From assembly GCA_016928875.1 (NCBI GenBank), contig JAFGJY010000034.1, forward strand, positions 1 through 44,050: a stretch of 44,050 nucleotides of DNA, in the 5' to 3' direction. Positions 1 to 7,400 of this stretch are shown piece by piece. The translations under genes and the position numbers were made by a program. The notes below the pieces were generated by a model. The model worked only from the letters and a program-made list of their open reading frames with translations. It had not been told where the DNA came from and did no database searches. The DNA is from Candidatus Omnitrophota bacterium (GTDB taxonomy: Bacteria > Omnitrophota > Omnitrophia > JAHJGZ01 > JAFGJY01). Position 1 is the first letter of the stretch, and every line of letters begins with the position of its first letter.

Positions 1-2877
1 GAATCTATGCTCTCCGCTTGCCGTCCAGGTGAAATACTTGAATTCTTCCATCAGCATAGAAAGGAGTTTTTCACGGTCGCGTGCCTTATAAAGGGCCCTT
101 AGGGCCTCCAATGCCTGCGCGTGCCGGTCGTTATCGCTCCCCTGGTCGATCCCGAATGTACCGGCTATATATTCAAGCACACATCCGTTCTCCGTATGAT
201 ACGGCCCTCTCCATTCGAGGAGATATTTATACGCTTCTTCATTACTTTCAATAAGCCGCTTCATTAAATCGTTGAATATATATTGATCTGAGTGATCGAC
301 CAGTGATTTCAGCTTCCTCCCGGCTATGGTCGCTTCCGGATCTATCGTATCGTAATCAACGCTCAGGTCAAAGCGTCCATACCGCCCTTCGAGCGTAAGC
401 GAAAAGTAGCCGTAGTTCACGCTCCGATGGTCGGTTGAAATGATCGTTATAAGACGTTTTCCAAAATTCGTATGGTCCCACGGCGCCTCGCCATCATGTC
501 CGCGCACCATGATCCGCGCCCCGATAGCATTCATGAACGAATCAAACGAATCTCTGCCGACCCATTGATGATCGGCATCTTTAAATATCTTACCGCGATC
601 ATCCTGCTGTTCGTTCCGATTAACAAAGGTAAAATATAACTGTTCTAATATCTCTTTATTGTGCGCAATGCCCGGTAAACCATTATTGGTAAGATCATAT
701 TTATCCTGAACGGTCTGTGGCGGCTGGCTCGCATGCATGATCGCTATCCCTTTTTTGGTCACTGCCAAAACCGGGAACTTTTCAAAAAGTCCTACGAATT
801 CTTTTATTACTACATCGCCATCCATCGAACCGAAGTGTTCAAGCAGCTCCTCCTCGAATGAATTATTTTGCATATCCGTTGCCAGGACCGATCTGTGACC
901 CTTCCACCGTTCGGTTTCCTCGTGGACATGAACGCGATTTTCATGGTTCCCCATGAGCAAGGTGACTTTATCAGGGAACGCGCATTTAAGCGCTAAAACG
1001 GTCTCAAGAACGCTCGAGTTTGCATTACCTGCATCTACATAATCCCCGACAAACGCAAGATGGCACGGCTCACCGCGAACAGCCTTGCCGATAAAGTCCA
1101 TGTCATTCAAAATTGCTCTTAAGTAGGTAAGGTCTGCGTGAATATCACCAATGACATACAGATCACCCTTAGTATCCGGAATATAGGCAACTCGGCCTTC
1201 GGTAAAGTAGGCGACCTCTTTTATGTCAGCGATCTTGGGCCGTAGAGAACCTTGTTTACCTTCGGCCGTTAAGATCCCTTCGACATCGCGGATCAGTTGC
1301 AGGGTCTCGGCAGCCGTCCTTTTACCCGCTTTATCAATTATCTCTGATGTATATCCAAGGGCTTCCGTATCGCCGGATGATACGTGCTGGTCCTGACGAG
1401 ATGCCCCTTCTTCTTCATGGGCGGGTGCATCTCCGGGCTCATCACGCTTGGTCGCGAACATGATGACTGACGTCGCCTCATCACGGCCGCCTCTCTCTGT
1501 TTGAATAACATCTACGCCATCCTGCCGCATGATAGTATCCGCGCCGTTACAAATAAGGAAGAGGTCCGTTACATCATCGTCCTTGAGGTGTTGTTGCGTG
1601 ATGACCTCCTCCCGCGCAGTCTCAGGCGTAAAACCTTTTTGTTCTATTTTATTGCCGGCCAAGACTGCCGCGATCACATTATTATTTTTTGTGATACCAA
1701 TGAGTACATGTTCCATATAATTCCGTTTAAGACGTACCTTAAGGAGCTCTTCGCCATCAACTGTTTCAAATTTATATTCGCCTTCATTGTCTACGGTATC
1801 TTTGCCTAAAGCGGCAACGTCAACATACTTCCAACGTTTAAGCGCTTTTAAGACGTATGAGCGATCATATTCTTTAAGCGGAACTGAGGTGATCTCTCCA
1901 TTAAGCGCATCTCTGACCAAAACCCGATCTAATGGTTGGCCATTGACCATAAGATCCTTATCAGGCAATCCTTGATACAATTCTCGCGCCCCGAGCGCCG
2001 CGCCATAGCTCGATGTGGTGATCTTTTTAATTTCGTCATATGTATCCGTCTGAGTTTGCGGAAATCGAAAAAGGTGAAAAAGGTCATCGAAATCGTTAGC
2101 GAGATCTTGTATCGGAATGCGATCCCCCTTGACGAGCAATTGCTGCCCATATATGGCATATTCGATATCTCCCGCGATATCATTCGCCGCGATCTGTTCA
2201 ACTCCTGCTCTATACACCGCGTCATGATCCTCACCAAAAGCAAATGTAAGCCGCTCCGCGCGCACTTCTTTTGGTTTATCTTGTGTAGCCTTCATCACGA
2301 CAAAACAGGTATATTCTCTTTCAGTCTCAACAGGCTCCGACCTCCGGCATAAAAGCCTTCTGGTAGCGCCGTCATACAGCACAAAGTGATCATTAAAGAA
2401 CAAATTGCCGTTTAAGATCGTGGCCACAGATGAGTATTGAGGGTCCGATTCAGTTGAACCGACCAAAGAAGTAAGCGGCGATTTTATGAACTTCTGTTCC
2501 TCTTTACTCTGCTCTTCATCTAAAAGTTTCCCTTGTTTATAGAACTGAAGTTTATTCCCAAGCTTTCGATCGACATCATATTTTCTATTGGCCGCTACAT
2601 TCACTGCGACTTTGATATCGGTCTTTTGAGGATCAAAGGATTCGACCCTTATGAGTGGATTGGTATTAATGGCTTCGGAAGGGCTGGTAATAACATTGTT
2701 GTTTTCCGTTGAGTCGGAAAGCTTCTTCTTGATGTCGCGGTTCTTAAACCGCGTAGCCAGTGTTGCCCGGCCAAGAACATCGGCATTGACAGTCTGCGGC
2801 ATGCCTACAAAGCACACTATCAGCGCCACAGATACTATGCGTACAAATCTATTCTTGTGTAGAAATATAGAAGCCAT
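1..2877 (-). CDS. Secreted multidomain protein, 3'-partial (>=959 aa): signal peptide, NAGPA-like domain, PPP-family metallophosphatase, then an unknown continuation
   Basis: Manual translation: ATG at 2877-2875 (MASIFLHKNRFVRIVSVALIVCFVGMPQTVNADVLGRATLATRFKN...) with no stop down to base 1 (...YFTWTASGEHRF). Missing from the ORF track because it has no stop in the window. AAAGG lies 8 nt upstream. Confidence 0.93.
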   Translation of the reverse strand, partial: MASIFLHKNRFVRIVSVALIVCFVGMPQTVNADVLGRATLATRFKNRDIKKKLSDSTENNNVITSPSEAINTNPLIRVESFDPQKTDIKVAVNVAANRKYDVDRKLGNKLQFYKQGKLLDEEQSKEEQKFIKSPLTSLVGSTESDPQYSSVATILNGNLFFNDHFVLYDGATRRLLCRRSEPVETEREYTCFVVMKATQDKPKEVRAERLTFAFGEDHDAVYRAGVEQIAANDIAGDIEYAIYGQQLLVKGDRIPIQDLANDFDDLFHLFRFPQTQTDTYDEIKKITTSSYGAALGARELYQGLPDKDLMVNGQPLDRVLVRDALNGEITSVPLKEYDRSYVLKALKRWKYVDVAALGKDTVDNEGEYKFETVDGEELLKVRLKRNYMEHVLIGITKNNNVIAAVLAGNKIEQKGFTPETAREEVITQQHLKDDDVTDLFLICNGADTIMRQDGVDVIQTERGGRDEATSVIMFATKRDEPGDAPAHEEEGASRQDQHVSSGDTEALGYTSEIIDKAGKRTAAETLQLIRDVEGILTAEGKQGSLRPKIADIKEVAYFTEGRVAYIPDTKGDLYVIGDIHADLTYLRAILNDMDFIGKAVRGEPCHLAFVGDYVDAGNANSSVLETVLALKCAFPDKVTLLMGNHENRVHVHEETERWKGHRSVLATDMQNNSFEEELLEHFGSMDGDVVIKEFVGLFEKFPVLAVTKKGIAIMHASQPPQTVQDKYDLTNNGLPGIAHNKEILEQLYFTFVNRNEQQDDRGKIFKDADHQWVGRDSFDSFMNAIGARIMVRGHDGEAPWDHTNFGKRLITIISTDHRSVNYGYFSLTLEGRYGRFDLSVDYDTIDPEATIAGRKLKSLVDHSDQYIFNDLMKRLIESNEEAYKYLLEWRGPYHTENGCVLEYIAGTFGIDQGSDNDRHAQALEALRALYKARDREKLLSMLMEEFKYFTWTASGEHRF
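400..1290 (-). other. PPP-family (calcineurin-like) Ser/Thr phosphatase domain
   Basis: Motifs in canonical order: GDIHA (1149-1135), GDYVDAG (1047-1027), LALKCAFPDKVTLLMGNHE (GNHE 951-940), IAIMHAS, DRG, IMVRGHD, LITIIST. These correspond to GDxHG, GDxVDRG, GNHE, HGG, RG, RxH and LxTxFSA. Confidence 0.9.
1450..2450 (-). other. Degenerate phosphodiester glycosidase (NAGPA-like) domain
   Basis: ILNGNLF near the start, then HVLIGITKNNNVIAAVLAG...KGFTPE...DLFLICNGADTIM...GGRDEATSVIMF. This parallels the NAGPA pattern (NGxxF; RTAIGI...LLVxVDG; GxT; AxNLDGGGSTxM; RxVxxAI), but the catalytic-type residues are not conserved. Confidence 0.45.
2782..2877 (-). other. Sec/SPI signal peptide (~32 aa)
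   Basis: Basic n-region (HKNR..R), hydrophobic IVSVALIVCFVGM, and a V-N-A|D cleavage-type site. Confidence 0.75.
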
Positions 2878-2885
2878 AGAAACTG

Positions 2886-2890
2886 CCTTT
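2886..2890 (-). promoter_or_regulatory. Ribosome-binding site of the <1..2877 ORF
   Basis: Minus strand reads AAAGG-cagtttct-ATG (8-nt spacing). Confidence 0.55.
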
Positions 2891-2985
2891 TGGTAACAAA
2901 TAAACAGTGCCTATTGATACTAAATAAAGTATGACCGATGGAAACTATGATCGAGAGAAATTTCGATAACAGATGCTTTGTCTAA

Positions 2986-3013
2986 AATATAACATATCCT
3001 ATTGGCATTACAA
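2986..3013 (-). promoter_or_regulatory. Putative sigma70 promoter with extended -10 for the <1..2877 ORF
   Basis: Minus strand reads TTGTAA-16 nt-TATATT, with TG-t directly before the -10, in AT-rich intergenic DNA ~110 nt upstream of the ATG. Confidence 0.4.
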
Positions 3014-3083
3014 GACTTGCAGAGTTTTTCGTGATGTTTATAAAGATGCTTAAATGATTGAATTTGCGGTAGTTATAAAAACA

Positions 3084-3540
3084 TCATGTTGAATGGGGAT
3101 TATTTTGAACGTAATTGCGAATAGTGTTCAGTTCATCGAGGTTGCGGATCACACGATCATGAAATGAACGTTGCCATTGAAATGCATTATTGTTATGGTC
3201 ACGATGAATGATACGTGAAACCGATGATTTGTAAGCATGAATGATTTTTGACAGCGTCATTTTGGTGCGATCGGTACATGTATTCCCGGCCCCAAGACGT
3301 AATATCCCGTGAACATGATCCGGCATGATCACATATTCATAACACGAAATATTATCAAAATGTGCCGGTAATCGATCGCCAACAGCGGTCCGCAATATCC
3401 CCATACGCGTTTAACCGCATAATACCATCGTTAATATCGCCAAACCACGGTTGATCGCACTTGGTTTTAATGGTAACAAAATATAACCCCGGTTGTGCAT
3501 AATCGTGTTTGTTGGATCTGTTTGATTTTCTCCATCGCAT
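3084..3540 (-). pseudogene. rayT: REP-associated tyrosine transposase (RAYT/TnpA-REP, Y1 HUH family), frameshifted
   Basis: N-half ORF 3355..3540 (DYAQPGLYFVTIKT..FG.I..G.MRLNAYG) and C-half ORF 3084..3404 (VIMPDHVHGI HUH motif, LSKIIHAYKS, WQRSFHDRVIR, catalytic Tyr in RNYVQNNP). Removing one base at ~3369-3372 joins them (CWRS[I/L]PAHF) into 151 aa. Confidence 0.92.
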
Positions 3541-3587
3541 ACGCGATACATATATGTATATTTTATGGTTTATTGTATGTATGTGTG

Positions 3588-3617
3588 TGTAGGGGCCGCA
3601 GATCTGCGGCCCCTACA
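3588..3617. repeat. GTAG-family REP element, perfect 30-bp palindrome
   Basis: TGTAGGGGCCGCAGA|TCTGCGGCCCCTACA is exactly self-complementary, starts with GTAG on both strands, and lies 47 bp upstream of the RAYT start. Confidence 0.9.
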
Positions 3618-3657
3618 TACGCGGTTTTGCACCCCATACGCGGTTTTGCACCCCATA
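3616..3657. repeat. 19-bp exact tandem repeat (~2.2 copies) between the two REPs
   Basis: CATACGCGGTTTTGCACCC at 3616-3634 and 3635-3653, followed by CATA. Confidence 0.9.
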
Positions 3658-3678
3658 TACGGTATTAATCGCATTTTT

Positions 3679-3702
3679 GGGCCGCACATGTGTGGCCCCT
3701 AC
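3679..3702 (-). repeat. Second GTAG-family REP (imperfect hairpin)
   Basis: Minus strand reads GTAG-GGGCC-A-CACA|TGTG-C-GGCCC with one mismatch. It starts 5 nt after the giant gene's stop codon. Confidence 0.85.
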
Positions 3703-3707
3703 AAACT

Positions 3708-4410
3708 TTACGCTGCGACCGCGAACAATTCGTTGAACTTCTTCGCCTTAGCAAGCTGCTTCTTGAAGACCTCAACCAGGCGTTTTGACATTTCACCGCT
3801 CATCGTAAGTTTCGTTTTTTCAACCCGACGATCGGCGACTCCCTCGGCGACCATCTTAACGACACGCATACCTTGCACATCAAGCGTCGGCGCCTGCTCG
3901 AATCGATACACCATCATATCGTCGTCTTTGGCGCTGCTGAAGAACTCAACATCCTCGGCTTCAGGTAACGCCGCATTATTATCTATCCCGGCATAATACA
4001 TCCCCTCACGCGCCAGACTATCGTCCTTATCCATTAACACATTGACCGCATCCGCCTCGATCAAGGCCGTTATATCAAGCATGAATGAACGATTTGATGC
4101 GATCTCGATCGAACTGAAAAATCTCTCTAAAGCCTCATCCGATATATCAGGCTGTCCGTTCTTCATAATGGCTTCAAGTATACGTCTTGAAGTTTCTTCG
4201 TTATACTTACCTGAGAAAATAGTGACCTTGGCTGTAGCGCTCGACCATTTCATCGTATTTCCGACAGCCGCAACAAAGTCCTTAAGCCCTTGCACCTTTT
4301 TATCAAGCAACACGTTATTATTGGTCGCAGGAATAACGATCGTATCCTTACCGATCGTCACGCCGTGATCAGGCAGCAGCGTATCAAGGTTCACTATGAA
4401 ATTAAACTGC
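3708..4410 (-). other. C-terminal alpha/beta domain, possibly a degenerate HAD-like fold
   Basis: After a P/T/V-rich linker: FNFIVNLDTLL (cf. hhhDxDGTL with the nucleophile Asp replaced by Asn), a helix, VTIFSGK (cf. motif II), then RRILEAI. Confidence 0.35.
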
Positions 4411-7400
4411 TTCGACTCCGGCACAGGCGTTACTACCTGCTCTTCAACAACAGTTACTTTACCGGCTCTTACCGGTTCAGTCACTGTCGGTGCTGTTATG
4501 TTAAACAACGTATTGAACGCAAATGCCGCACCTTGCGTTGCCAGGAAGATACCCGTGTCTTTCTCGATCATGTACGCATCACGCGCTTCCTTCATCAGCG
4601 TTGTCAAATAGCCGTCGAAGATGCCCGTCATAAAGGCGCCCAGAGCGTCAGCATAAAGCATCGTATTAAACCGTTGCACCGTAAACTGCGGATTTATGTC
4701 GCGCACGTAGTCGATGATCGTGTTCCTCCGTAATGTATCACCCGCAATACGCCATTCGCCTGTATCATCCGTCTTATACGCAAAGGTGACCTCGATAAGC
4801 CGTCTTAGGGCTTTAAAGTCGATCCGCGTATTGTCCGATGAGAGATAATCCCGCAGCCCAGTGACCGCATTCCTGAACGCCGCTGCACCTTCGAGCCGAT
4901 ACACATCCTTTAATTCAGCCCGCAAATATTCCATTTCTACGGTCGCAATGAACGCTTCCGTGGTAAACGCATCGATCTGTTTACCAGAATCAATATAGAT
5001 CCATTTGTGGACGAGTTCATGCAGTATTTCGGCCCGTAAGAGATACGGATTCGCAAAGATATCGATATCTATATCGATATACATTGTACCTGCTTCCTGA
5101 TAAAATCGGGCTCCACGTTTATTAGAAAGGTTATTGAATACCCTGACCTCGACGTCATTTATGAAGGGTTTGAATTTCGGGAACTGCTCCATAAGCTTGT
5201 ACAGTGCATTCTTGACCATTGTTTGTGCATTCTGGAACTCTCTGCGTGAGAGGACCCCGCGATCGCTCCACACATTGTTCTTCCCAATGAACAAGAGCTC
5301 TTCCGCCCCCTTTGGTTCCTCCATTACAAGCTGTGACTCGTCAACTGCTCTATCCTCATTTCCCTCACGCTGTTGTAGTGCCCTCATAAGATTTTCATTC
5401 AGTATAGTCAAGGCTAAATACACTGATTCATACAATTTCCTTGCTTGATTATAGTTAGCATCATTGAACTCGTTATCAGCTTTAATCAAAGCATCTTCAA
5501 CATCTTTTTTATAATTTATATCAGGGTTAAGATAAACCTTTCCATCATCAAATTTAGACATGTTTGAAATAAATTTTTCAAACATCATGTACGTTTTAGC
5601 CTTACTATTAATTGCCTCAATACCCTCGCTTTGTTTTTTGAAAAACTTAATAGTTTCCTTCTCATTCGCAGCATCTAGGAAACCGGGAGCTTTACTGAAA
5701 ACAAGATCCCTGATCACCACATAATCTCTCGTCACAATGTCATTGTGCTCTTTCTTTTGTAAATCATTCTGACGAGCGTTGCATTCGCTCATCGTACTAC
5801 TTAATTTAATGAACTCCGTAATAATACGGAGGTTTTTCATTAACACATCCAAAGTGGTGCGTGCATCTGAATATCTGTTTTGGCGCATAGACGACTTAAC
5901 CATTTCTAGCAATCTTAGTACATCATTTTCATCTAATGCTTTATTAAGATCTCTTAAATCGCTTTTTTTAACTTCCTTTTGCTTTCTTGTATCGTTATAT
6001 TTACGCAACAAATCAAGAGTATCATTATATTTAATTAGGGCATCTATCGCATCTTGGGCTTTACGGAACTGCTGTATTGAATCGCCAAATCCCTCTTTTA
6101 CGAGCAACTTATTGGCTGATTTAAATAATGTAGCAACAGTCGTATTATAATGATCGATCATAAAACTTTCTTCGTCTGACCTTTCAGTTTCATTCTTTCC
6201 TCTTACCTCAGTCGTATAATTTAAATATGTCTTCATCATCGACTTTGTTTTAAGTTTCTCAAACAAGGCAATAACTTTATCTATTGTCAACGTAGCATTT
6301 TCTTTAGCTTTAAGCAATAAAGCCGACACATATTCCTGGTCTGATAATTGCATAACACTCTTACCATCTAATAGCATATCGTCCTCGACTTTCAAACCCT
6401 CCTTCTCGAGATATTCTTTCATAAAATACTCTTGCTCATTATACGCAGCATTTATTTCCGCATTCAACTTTAGGCTATTTTCGAAAAGCTCTTTATACAA
6501 CTTATTAGATGCTTCGTATAGACCTTTTCCACTCTTTTCATTCGCTTCTTCTATTTTCCTTTTGATCCCCCTGAATCTCTTATCGAACTCTCTTCTTTTC
6601 ATGTCAATCGCAATACCATTGATCCTCTTGCTCATTTCATCAGTAAGTAAACTATTCACACTCCATCTGTGGAAATCATTAAGGATCTCAATATTCTCAG
6701 GTAATAGCATTACGATCTGTATTTCGGCCTCTTCGAATTCCCAAAGCATAATGCGCAATCTTTCGAAAGAAGTCTTTTCTTTCTTATTTAATAAATGCTC
6801 TTTCTTATATTTTTCTACAAAATCTTTTACCTTCTTGAAATTGAACTGCCTTCTATACGGATGATCCTCGCCCAATGATCCTACCCACGTTACAAATGAG
6901 TCCCAATATTCATATTGCTCGCTATAATACTTCAGCCGTTCTATGGTCCTCTTTTCTTCCTTATAAAGGCTTTTTTCCTTATCTTTATCATTCTCAAATG
7001 CCACATTCGCCATCTGGTGGATCCGCCACGAAACACCATAATAAAAGCGTAGCTTCTCGGACGTGCTAAATATTATGTTTGATAAAACTCGGCTTAGCCA
7101 CTTTTTGAAGGTTCCTTCGGGCCATGCGGGTGACATTACCTTATACTTTTCTACATCCTGAGCAATCTTATCATACTCGTTCTTCAAGACCTTCATAAAA
7201 TCGTCATCATCTGTGCGCCCTGATTCTTTCTTATATTTATCAAATAGCGCTTTAAGGACCTTGAGATCGTTATCAAGTGCCTTTGTTTGTTCTACGGCAA
7301 TGCCAAGATATTTCTCCTTATCAGCCATCAACTTAAATTTCCTTTTTTCGTCCTTTACTTTCTTTTTGGCATCGTTATAGCTCTCTTTCACCTTTTTAAA

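Noticed and set aside
1501-2896. Short track ORFs (1501..1809, 1529..1720, 1787..1975, 1929..2243, 1936..2352, 2651..2896)
   Set aside because: They are antisense or off-frame shadows of the long minus-strand ORF <1..2877, which has clear enzyme motifs.
3545-3590. AT/GT dinucleotide-rich stretch (TATATGTATA...TGTATGTATGTGTGTGT)
   Set aside because: It is a short low-complexity spacer with no supportable function.
3588-3702. Palindromic repeats as a CRISPR array or Rho-independent terminator
   Set aside because: There are only two non-identical copies, no unique-spacer series and no cas genes. No U-tract follows either hairpin on the minus strand (AAAAA follows the first). The adjacent RAYT explains them as REPs.
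3565-3996. 143-aa + strand ORF containing VGAADLRPL
   Set aside because: It is a translation of the REP palindromes and the antisense of the giant gene's 3' end; VGA..RP is the usual REP read-through.
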